This document shows, one piece after another, positions 38,226-48,817 of a DNA stretch of 64,000 bases; positions within the stretch are counted from its first letter, which is position 1, and every line of letters begins with the position of its first letter. The notes under the pieces were generated by a model, which worked only from the letters and a program-made list of their open reading frames with translations, made no database searches and had not been told where the DNA came from. This DNA comes from Batkoa obscura. Lineage: Eukaryota. The stretch covers positions 434,001 to 498,000 of the forward strand of contig JASVEC010000012.1 of the NCBI GenBank assembly GCA_030770535.1. The letters are read 5' to 3'. Made by a program: the position numbers and the translations under genes.

Positions 38226-39660
38226 TACAAAATTTGCTATACTCCAATTTAATGCAGATAGTCAAATATTTACAAGATCAGGATAAATATAATATATTGT
38301 TAGCATGCAACAAATGGTATCAAGCATTTTTACCAATAATTGCTGAGATAAAAGAACATGATGGGTATATAGACAATCGATATAGTAGTAGATGATTGAA
38401 ATATAATAACTATATAAAACATATGACTGTATACAATTTTTGTAATCTTAATTTTAATTTTAATATAAAGAACTACTTTAATTTAATTAAAATTATTATT
38501 AGCGCTATAGTATATAGTAGGCACTCTAATCAATTATCTCATTTAAAATTAATTGGACTTATTTTGATAAACACGAGCTTAAAAATATAAGAAAAAATTC
38601 CACATTTAATATGAAAAGGGGGACACCATCTAATATATATATGGAATTATTCTATAGTAGATTAGGTAATATAAAGTATTTGAACATAACAAAACTACGT
38701 AAGAAGTTTTTTGATCTATTTTTGCCGTTTATTTCCAACGATGTGAGATATTTGGAGTTATGCTCAGATAGCAAGTCGTTCCTTTTATTTAACACTATCC
38801 TTGAATAAGATGAAGAATATTATTCGATTAAAACTAACGATCAATGAAGCTAACTATAGTGATACTAGATATATTGAAAATGTCTAATTCGATCATCTAG
38901 GGCAACTAAATATTGATGGCACATGTTTATATAAAATTAGCTCATTAAAAATTAAATTTGATAATAGGCCTAATTTACAAGAGTTGAGATTGAATCAAAC
39001 GAATAATAGAGTTTATAGGAATATCAAATTTGAGTTATTTAGAGCTTAATAAAACAACATTAAAATATAAAGCTATAAATAACGAACTATTTTTAAAGCT
39101 AAACAGTGTTTTAATCAGCCACTCTTATTCTTATTCCTTCCAATTACTTTATTCAATATTCAATTTACCAAATTTGACTTGCTTCTTTTTATACTCAAAT
39201 GTGATGATAATACTAGATTACTCATTAATAAACAAGATTTACCCTAATAAAAGGAAAAATTGGTTAAAATAACAGCAGAAGGATTTAATATAAGCTATAT
39301 ATTTATTCACTTTTTACAAAAATCATGTGAAAAGTTACAGCAATTAATTATTTCTTATTCTTGTTTTGATGCTATTTCTTCGCCATACCTGCTACCTGAA
39401 TTAAAAACTGATATTTTTAATAATGAATATTTAAACCAATTTGAACAGGTACGAATCGATAATGTAGTTAACTATAGTGACGAGGACTAATATGATTTAA
39501 GTAAGTTTAGTGAGGCTATATTGTTATTAGCACCCAATCTTAAATACTATGTTTATTGTGTTCATTTACCGAAGTCGAAGAACTATCAGGCTATTTCAAG
39601 TTTTTATACGCTATCTCATTCATCTTATTATTATGGACTTCACCGTAATCAGGTTATACT
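38226..39660 (+). pseudogene. F-box/LRR-like pseudogene
   Basis: F-box-like LQNLLYSNLMQIVKYLQDQDKYNILLACNKWYQAFLPII, then an in-frame TGA and LRR-like fragments (ORFs 38396, 38611, 39030, 39260: LPNLTCF, CEKLQQLII) in shifting frames. Confidence 0.6.
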
Positions 39661-40066
39661 TTAACAAAGGATCTGTGTTATTCTACATTAATCAGTTGGC
39701 TAATCTAATCTGATATTATAATAAGATGAACTATAAAAATAGTATATTGAGCCAATTATTACATCGTGTTCTTGAAAAAAATATTCCCTAAGCCCTTTAT
39801 CATCAAAATCAAGCTCAAAAGGCTTAAAAAGAAACAATAACCAAAAGAAAAGCTTTCCTGCTAACATGTTGATTCAAAAAGATTCCTTTTCTATATCAAA
39901 TAGTCAAATACGATCAAACTTGACTGTTGATATATAGAAACATCAAAACTTAATCATTTCTTAAATGTGAAAATAATAGTTAATAGCATACTATAAGTCA
40001 TTAAAAAGCAACTATTGGTAGTAGTAATATAATCTTATTAAATTAAACTCTATTTAGAAACAATAT

Positions 40067-40161
40067 GGTAATGTTTTTTGGCTTCATTGCTTTTTCCATT
40101 TTTTAAGCGCTATTTGAGCGGAAAGATTGTTAGTAAAATCCTTAAACAAAAATACATCCCC
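40067..40161 (-). mobile_element. Sola-type MITE copy
   Basis: ATAT-GGTAATG...ACATCCCC-ATAT. Confidence 0.9.
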
Positions 40162-40652
40162 ATATATTTTTTTGACTATCAATTTTTAAGCCTAAGAAGT
40201 CAAAAATTATTGTAAAGGTTTTGTATGATGATGCTTCAAAAAAAAGCGTTTTCAAAGAATTCACTTTTGTTTTTCAAACTAACTGTTGAATTTTGTAAAA
40301 CTTACAAGTTTAATGTAGTGATCTGTTACTTCAACGATAGTCGAGTAAATGATATAAATAAGGATAAGTATATGTAAAGTACAATAAATACATAGTATAG
40401 CTTTTAAAGCTGCTATATTAAAAATATTTGTGGCTTAGATTTAAAGAGAGTTAGATTTTTTTATGGATCCAGTAACACAAGCACTTTTACAACAAAGCGA
40501 ATTTAAATTTTTAAAATAAATAACATCAAGTATATAGACATATAGAATATACTTTAAACAGGATGTTAGATGATCATAGCGAAAGCAAATAGTTAGAATT
40601 TAAACATGACCGAATATTTGGTTTAAAAAAATTTATTATAACAATTAATTAT

Positions 40653-42401
40653 TTAATATGCAGCAGCAATACCATCCTTTCTTTTATCGGTGACTGCAGT
40701 AACTAAAGTACTCTTACATTTCTCCTTCTTGAAGCTTATTTCAACAGCGTTAACAACTGACTCAGATCTTTCAGTTATAATAACGGTATGGTTGAAAGCT
40801 TTTAATTTAGCAAAGGCTGCATCAGATAAAGAGTTGTTTTCTACTCTTAATGAGTTTGGCAATAATTGGTGATGGAATCTTGGAGTATCAATGGCTGCAT
40901 TCAATTTTAACTTTAAGGCGGTGTGAAAGAAAACAGATTGTACAACAGAAGTAATAATTCTTGAACCTCCAGAAGCACCTATAGCTAATAACTTATCTGA
41001 ATTACTTAATATAATAGGAGTCATTGAAGATTGAGGACGCTTATAAGACTCAACAAAATTTTCTTTAGAAGGTGGGAATCCGAAAAAGTTGGAGAAATTA
41101 GGATTAGAGAAGTCATCCATCTCGTTATTAAATAAAATTCCAGTTTCCAAATCTAATAATTTTGATCCAAAATCGGTATTGATGGTACTAGTAACTGATA
41201 CTGACATTCTGTCTTTATCAACAATACTTACATGTGAAGTACCATGATCTTCTTTAAATCCTTGCTCTTTAAAATCAACATAAAACTTTGGCTCTTGAGT
41301 AATGTCTAATTTTTCTATTCTTTCATAGTCTCTTTTGATGCCATTTTCATTTAGTATATTTTTAATAGCTTCATCTAAATTATTGAAGTTGGGGTCACCT
41401 AGGTTTAATCTACCTACGTAAGCGAATTTAAATGCCTCTACCATTTTCAATACTACATCAATATCTAGCTCAGGTTTGTTTAAATGCTCTAATATCTTTA
41501 AAGCGTGGTAAGCTACAATACCCGAAGCTGGTGGTGGTAAGAAATGGATATCGTGATTTAAGAATTTAGCTTTCAATGCGGGTATCACTTCAACTTTATA
41601 TTTATCAAGATCTTCAAGCTGTAAAATACCACCATTACCTTGTACGCTTTTAACCATAGCTTGAGCAATTGGGCCTTGGTAAAAAGCTTTAGAACCATGA
41701 ATAGATATTTGTTCTAAAGTATTTGCAAGGTTTTTACGTTTGAGTACCTGGCCTTCAGCTGCTAAACTGTTATCTTTGTTGACATAGGTTGAATTTAATC
41801 CAACCATAGTACGAACATAACCTTCATTTCTTTTTAATCTTAATTCTAACTGTTTAGTAACTTTATAACCATATCTAGCCAAACTAACGACTGGCTCAAG
41901 CACCTTTTTCCAACTAAGCTTACCAAATAATTGATGTGCTACTTCTAATCCTTTAATTTCACCTGGAATACCAACAGCTAAACCACCTAACAAGGAATCA
42001 TTTGCCTTTTTAAACATAGTGCTATTGGACAATTTTGGTGCCATTTCTCTAAAGTTAATAAAATAACTACTATCATTAGTTAACTTTACCAGCATGAAAC
42101 CACCTCCACCAATTCCGCTAGCAAATGGATAAATTAATCCTTGGCATAAAGTGGTAGTGATTGAACTATCAATTGCATTACCACCAGCTTTCAGAATTTC
42201 AAGACCTAACTTTGAGCATTCGGCTGAATCAGCACTAACACCACCTTTCGTGCCATTGACTGGTATACTATGATATGGTATTGGATCTAAGAACACTTAA
42301 TTTTTGTTAGTAATTGAAATTACAATGATATAAATATTAGAATTACATTGTTCTGCTGATATTAAAGCAATTAAGTTTAATAATACTAGGTTGAGCTTCA
42401 T
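40653..42401 (-). CDS. Gamma-glutamyltranspeptidase with predicted signal peptide; 2 exons
   Basis: Short first exon MKLNLVLLNLIALISAEQ; GGNAID, SGIGGGGF, NFREMAP, autocleavage HG/TSHVS, NNEMDDFS, KRPQSSMTP, GASGGSRI, PRFHHQL. Confidence 0.92.
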
Positions 42402-43097
42402 CCTATATTATTTATTAAGTTCCAACATGTTCTTTTTATAGTTTTCATTTTATCTATTGAATCGTTGATCATGATGCGGCTTAATAAGTCAGCTGTAAAT
42501 TTATTCAAAACGATAATTTCCTTTTTTGTAAGCATCATTCTTTCTTACCTGTTCAGTTAGTTTATTTTTATTACAAAGGCTTTAAACAAAAAACTATTTA
42601 TAAAAAAATAAAATATTTTAATGTTTGTAATATAACATAATATTTGCCATTATGTAGTTAAGTGATTGTTAATTAAAATATTAACCCTCTTTTGAAATAT
42701 TAAAAAATGAAATTTGAATCGTTCTTTTGATTTAAATAACAACTTAATCATTTTGTTTTAAAATTCTGTGATTTGAAGTATGATTATACAATAAATCTTT
42801 AATTTTAAATAAGTAATAGAATTTTAAAAGAATCATTAAAAACTTTTATAAAATCAATAGTTTATTTAATATACGTTTTATATGTTAAGATGGATTGCAA
42901 TTTATAGACAAGCTATCATATGAAGCTATTAAATAGTTTTAAATAATATTAGATAGAAATCAATAAGTATCTAAACGCTAAGTTAAAGCTTTAAAAGTTG
43001 AATAAAATTAAAGGTCTGAATAAATAAAATGGGTAATATAACAATTTAATCAATATATTAAACATCCAAAAACAAGGGAATATTTTTTAGAGCATAT

Positions 43098-43196
43098 GGG
43101 AGTGTGTTTTTTGGCTTCATCACTTTTTCCATCTTTTAAGCACTATTTGAACGGAAAAATTGGTAGTAAAATTCTTAAACACAAAAATACATCCCA
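43098..43196 (-). mobile_element. Sola-type MITE copy
   Basis: ATAT-GGGAGTGT...ACATCCCA-ATAT. Confidence 0.9.
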
Positions 43197-44233
43197 ATAT
43201 TGTATGAAGATAGTGAATTTCTAATTTCAAATAATAATAATCAATGTCGATACCATATCTACTATTTTCGAAAAAATATTACTATTAACTGGTATATTAT
43301 CTTGCTTAACATAGCCTTTATTTACAAGTATAGTAGTAACAACTCTATACAAAATATTTATAAATACAAATGTTGTAAGCACATAAAATGGATACAAATT
43401 ATAGCTAAAAATAACAGTAAAATAGTTTTACCAAATAAATAGTAGTCTAACTGGTAAATGAAATGATTAAAAATAAATTTGAAGCCATTATTCAAATAAA
43501 TTTTAAAAACTCAATTGTAGTTAAATTTTGATACTTATTTTAATTTAGTTCAATTGTGGATGATGCTAGTATAATAAAACATTCCGTCCATACATTTATT
43601 TCTGTAAACCTTCTGTATGTAAATCTAGCTTTTTACATCCAAATTTTATGTTGTAAAGAATACTTGTCCGTTTTTTTACACAACGATCCTGGATGAGCAT
43701 TTGCAAAATTAAAGTAAAAGAATATTGTAGTATGCACTTAAAAAATAGAATACTATAATAAAAGACAAAATTTTAAGAAATACTAAATATAAATTATTTT
43801 TATTTATTTTTTAAATCCTTTTGAATACCAAATATTCAATTTTAAATAAATAACATTTTATATAAACAATAACAAATCCTAGAAATGTATTTTTTCTTTT
43901 CTTTTACACTATAATATTTAATACAAATATTTTATTAGTATTATAAATTTAACAATATAAATATTAGATAAAAGCTGTTAAAAAACTTGAAAACAAACCA
44001 AAATATAAGCTTCTTAATCATTTTTAGTATATACTGACACTTCACTACATATGGGGGTGTCCGAATTGGTTTCAGAATTTAACTAGAAATTAATCCAAAT
44101 TTTAAGTTTTTAAATTTGTAAGTCTTTAATGTATAATTAGCTAAATTTAAAAAGCTTAAAATTAAATATAAAAATTTAACTTAAAGACTTATTTTATTTA
44201 TTTTATTTTATTTTATTTTTTTGATTATATGTT

Positions 44234-44592
44234 TGTGAAAGTTAGTACTCAGCAATTGGAGTTGAAAGCAGCTCTAGCTTAGTTAACTGGCCGTAAGTCA
44301 AAAGGCCTTAGTTTATGTAGCTAAGATAGACTTAAATCAATAGGAGTAATACGCAATAAGCTACGAGCTATGTAAAATAAATAGAATACAGGATATTACT
44401 ATAAAATCTACATAAGATATTATCAGAAAGATTTAGTGGCTTTATTAAAAGTAAAATATTAGGGAACAATTTAATTAAAAAGCCTTGAGCTATTATGTTG
44501 AGAATCTATTTTATACTCAACTAGTTTTGTAAACAAGTTAAGTGATTATTATGCGATAATCAATCACAGAGATGATGAAACGATATTTCACA
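44234..44592 (-). mobile_element. Solo LTR-like insertion inside the transposon
   Basis: TGTGAAA...TTTCACA; flanks ATGTT/GTGTT (5-bp TSD, one mismatch); diverged colinear homolog of 3420-3861. Confidence 0.75.
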
Positions 44593-44683
44593 GTGTTTTG
44601 TATTTTTTATTAAATATTCAATAGCTATATAATATATAATTATATAGTTATTTGACTTTGTTTTTTGTTAAAATAAAAACAAA

Positions 44684-46387
44684 ATGCAAGCTTTTATAAC
44701 TAAACTTCGAAATGGAATTTCTAAAAACTTTAATACGGTAGGGAGAAGCACATTGTATAAACATTGTAATTCATTTACATCAATTTTAGCAACTATTCAC
44801 AATTGCCCAAAGTTTATGGAATTTTATAATAAAACAAAAAAAAGAAAAGAAATATTATTAAATTTTACTATTAATAATAACAAACTTAATCAAGCAATGT
44901 ATAAAATTAGTGTTTTAAGGGAAACAGGAAACAAAAACCAACAAGTAGCATTATTATCGACTATAGCTTCAGTATATTCTTTTGATGAATGTAAAAGTTT
45001 TGGATTTAATATAAGTAAAAATCAATATGATTATTCAAAAATAATTAATAATAATAAAATACCAACATTACGACCTACTATCAAAAATACAAAAAAAATT
45101 AAAGATGAGCAAATCGAGATTATTATACAATATTTACTTGATAATTCAACTATTTCATCAAGATTTAGTAAGAAAAATAATGATAAATATTCGTCAGAGA
45201 ATATATATATATTAAATAAAAGTAGAAGGATGATATACAGTAAGTATTTTAATGATTTAAAAGATAAAGCAGTAGCTAGGTCAACATTTTTCAAATATAT
45301 ACCAAATAATTTTAAAAATCCAGCAAGAAAAACAGATTTATGTAATATATGTGCCCAGTATACAGTTAGAAAAAAGTTATTTGAAAATAAAATAAATACA
45401 GCGACAGAAAATAAAGCAGAGATACAGGAATCTTTTAATAAAGAAAAAAGGTTATATAAATTACATGAATTTTGTGTTGATACTCAAAAAAACATACTTA
45501 ATGAAACTATTGAAAAATTAAATAATAGAAGTTGTATAATAATTTTAGACTTTAAACAAAATATGGAAATAGGAACGAGACCAGATCCAATAAACTTAGA
45601 TCATTATAACAAACAAGCTATATCAGTATTAGGGTTTGGCGTTTTGTATTTAAAAAACGATAAAACAATAGGCAAAGTTTATTTTGATTATTTATCTGAA
45701 ATATTAAATCATGATTCAGCATATGCAGGAGATTGTTTGATTGATTTAATATCTAAAGAGCCTTTGTTTAAAAAGTTTACAAAAATTAATATATGGGCAG
45801 ATACAGGATATCATTTTAAATCTCAAGAGTTTTTACATTATGTATTTGAAGAAAGTCATAAAATAAATAGTAGTTTAAATATTGATCTTAATTTTTTTGC
45901 TGAGCATCATGGAAAAAGTATAGTTGACGGGCATTTTGGAAATCTTTCACAGTGGAAAAATAGTCTTGAAGCATTAGGTAAAATAGAAGATATTGATCAA
46001 TTAATTTCAAAATTTGAGATTTTTGTTTGTGAAAATAATAGATTTAATAACTCAACTGTCAATAATGGGAAAACAAATATAATTTTTAAAAAGTATGAAA
46101 GAAACAAAGATACAAAAAAAATAATAAAAATAAAAGGTATTAAAAAGTATTTACATTTTATTAAACGTGGTAAAAAACTATACTGTTATCCAGTATCTGA
46201 TAGATCAAAAAAAAGCGATATAATTTCAATTAAAGTTATAGAGTCTATAGAGGATAGAAAAATTAAAAGGTCAACCCCAGCTTATCTTACAAAAATAACT
46301 GAGAATTTAAAAGTTTCAATATTTAGTAAGCAAGTAAGTAGCTTATTAGATGATAGAAATCAATTATTAAATGTTGATATTACTTAA
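44684..46387 (+). CDS. DDD transposase, Sola2-like, 567 aa
   Basis: Motifs ILDFKQN (D289), WADTGYHFKS (D373), FFAEHHGKSIVDGHFG (D415); CxxC (DLCNIC) upstream; enclosed by TIRs. Confidence 0.8.
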   Translation: MQAFITKLRNGISKNFNTVGRSTLYKHCNSFTSILATIHNCPKFMEFYNKTKKRKEILLNFTINNNKLNQAMYKISVLRETGNKNQQVALLSTIASVYSFDECKSFGFNISKNQYDYSKIINNNKIPTLRPTIKNTKKIKDEQIEIIIQYLLDNSTISSRFSKKNNDKYSSENIYILNKSRRMIYSKYFNDLKDKAVARSTFFKYIPNNFKNPARKTDLCNICAQYTVRKKLFENKINTATENKAEIQESFNKEKRLYKLHEFCVDTQKNILNETIEKLNNRSCIIILDFKQNMEIGTRPDPINLDHYNKQAISVLGFGVLYLKNDKTIGKVYFDYLSEILNHDSAYAGDCLIDLISKEPLFKKFTKINIWADTGYHFKSQEFLHYVFEESHKINSSLNIDLNFFAEHHGKSIVDGHFGNLSQWKNSLEALGKIEDIDQLISKFEIFVCENNRFNNSTVNNGKTNIIFKKYERNKDTKKIIKIKGIKKYLHFIKRGKKLYCYPVSDRSKKSDIISIKVIESIEDRKIKRSTPAYLTKITENLKVSIFSKQVSSLLDDRNQLLNVDIT

Positions 46388-46397
46388 ATTATTGATA

Positions 46398-46539
46398 GCT
46401 AAGTTAATAAATAGTCAAAGAGCAAGTAGTTGTAATAATAAGTAAAAACTATTAATACACTGCTTGTATTACATAGGGATGGTTAATTATAGTTTTGGGG
46501 CTAACCACTCCCTCCCATGCAGCTATTTATTAACTTAGC
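46398..46539 (+). other. Predicted three-way-junction RNA/DNA structure immediately 3' of the transposase
   Basis: 17-bp perfect closing stem 46398-46414/46523-46539 enclosing two hairpins (46423-46466 and 46472-46519). Confidence 0.55.
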
Positions 46540-47139
46540 GATATATTAATAATGTAATTATAACATTAAAATAATTTATTCATTTGATAGCAAATCTGTA
46601 GTGTTGAATATAAAACAATTAATAATAAATATTTCTTAATAAAGCTATATAAAAGCATATATTTATTTACATATTACAACTTTGACTAATATCACTATAC
46701 AGGCTATATTAGTAAAATCTTTACTAATCCAGGAATTTATATTAAATTTAATAAAAATTCCGCTAATTGACAATATAAATTATAACAAAATAATTTAAAA
46801 CTGTGTCGGGTACTTTTGGCTTTTAATAAAGAATTTATTTTTATAGAATTTTAAGCAAAGTTTTTAAAATATAAATATTTAAAAATTGGATAAAAAAATG
46901 AAACCAATTCGGACACCCCCATATAGCAAATAATAAATTAAAAATTTGATTGTGGTTATACTGTTAAACAACAAATATATATAATATAATGTAATTCATA
47001 AATCAATAAAGTTTATTCCACAAAAAAATATAAACCTTCGTAATACCAACAAAAATTAAAATTAAAATTACAATGTTTAATTTGAATCAGATTCACCCAT
47101 AGAATCAACCTAGAACATGTATAAAACGACCCTAAACAT

Positions 47140-47961
47140 TTAATCAATAGAATGGTCATCTAAGCTAGAAGCGGTATCGCTTATAGGGGAAGAAAGGGTA
47201 GCTCCAGTGAGATCTTTAATAATAGGAAAAACGATTTCATTAGACAACCTATTTTGAGCCCACGAGGTAAGTTTTAATAGGGTAGGTAGTTTAGGTTCTT
47301 TATTTAAAGCTTGAGCAGCTAAGATAGCTCCATTAAGTTCTGAAGCCATCTTTAATCTTTGAGAATAATCTAATAATTCAATATGTGGGTTATTTTCCGT
47401 TTTAAAACATAATAAAGTCATGGCTCTTTCTAACTTTTTTAGTAAATGTTGATTTTCTTCTCCACGTGCTGCTAATTCATTTTGGGAAAATTCTAAAGCC
47501 TGTTTATCTTTTCGTTCTTTGATCATTTCAATAAATTTTTGTAATTGTAAATGAAAAAATAAATCTGGGTTGGTATCTAAGATCTTTATAATTTTTAGTA
47601 AGTGTATTAACTTTTTATATTCATAATTAAAAAAAGATTACCTCTGGATTAATATCGTTGGTCCTTTCAATAGCTTCATCAACGTTCCCAGCTTGAATAG
47701 CGTTTCTTATTCTCATACGTTCATCAATAGAGCCAAAATCGAGTTCTGACGCTATACTTGCTTCTTGAGAAAAGGATTCAGCTGCATCTCTGTATCCTTC
47801 GATTACTAAATAATCCATAATTAACCGGTTAAGATCGCTAACCTTTTAATATCATTTTTATTTATGATAAAAAATTATTCTTACCTCTTAGAAACATCCA
47901 CTTGATTAATCAATTGCTTCCATTCTTCTACGCTTATCTTCTTTTTTTCTAGTTCACCCAT
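47140..47961 (-). CDS. GID8: GID/CTLH complex subunit Gid8/TWA1; 3 exons
   Basis: LisH DLNRLIMDYLVIEGYRDAAESF; CTLH RMRIRNAIQAGNVDEAIERTNDINPE; LFFHLQLQKFIEMI; CRA domain in ORF 47140-47526. Confidence 0.9.
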
Positions 47962-48817
47962 CACAGCTTATTTAATTTTTACTATTTGATTGATAAAAAA
48001 TGCTTTGTTGGCATCACTACTAAATTTCATTTTGTAACTTAGCAAATAGATTTTGGGTCAATCATTGATTGTTAACTTATCTTGATATTTTTAAATTCTT
48101 GAAAACTCATCTTAGTATTTTTACTTTTTGTAAAAATATGGTTGGTTTAAAGACTGCAAATTTCAACTAAAAGAAACTTTGATCTGATTCTGCAAAAGAA
48201 AAAATAGATAGTAAAGTTATTCAGTTTAAAAATTCATTTTCAATAATACCTTTTGTTTAAAAGAATCTAAAATGCCCCCCATATCACTTGATCGTAAAAA
48301 ATAAATGCAACTATTATTCTTAATTTTATATTTTATAGTATTAAACCAATATTTAAAAGCCTATAATATTATATAATAATAAAATAAAACAGGCTAAATA
48401 TCAAATTAATTCAACTTTCTCCATATATGCAATTATAACTTATAATTTATTAAAAATTATGCAAAGACCCTTGATAGTGGGGTTTATTTATAAAGATAAA
48501 TAAAATTCTGGAAAGGGGAAGAAAAGGATAAGAGAATTAGAAAAAGACTTTAATGCTTCAATAAAAGAATTAGCTGGGTTCCGGCTTCTAATATTTGAGA
48601 ATGGCACCACTATCGGAAAGGATGGTTTAAATCTGATAAAAAACAAATTGACTATAATTTATTTTGAAACTAAATTAAAGACAAAGTACATATATCAAAT
48701 ATGATAAATAACGCTAACAATAAACATTACAAGGGAATAAAAATTTTATTTTACAAAAGAATGACTTTTTTTTAAGTATAAACACTTTTAAGGTAAATCT
48801 CTAAATTTCTAAATTTT

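Larger units (their letters stand above)
44053..46920 (+). mobile_element. Autonomous-looking Sola2-like DNA transposon (2868 bp)
   Basis: Perfect 22-bp TIRs GGGGGTGTCCGAATTGGTTTCA (44053-44074) / TGAAACCAATTCGGACACCCCC (46899-46920); ATAT on both flanks; single long transposase ORF. Confidence 0.88.

Noticed and set aside
43540..43740. Minus-strand peptide RFTEINVWTE resembling the transposase KFTKINIWAD
   Set aside because: Short match with no catalytic Asp and no flanking similarity; likely chance
44684..46560. Fanzor/TnpB with omega-RNA
   Set aside because: No RuvC or terminal zinc-finger motifs seen in the ORF, and the structured segment ends about 360 bp before the TIR
44050..46923. 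Tc1/mariner reading with a TA TSD
   Set aside because: The related MITE at 25174 has ATTT on both sides, and the transposase motifs are not DD34E/D type
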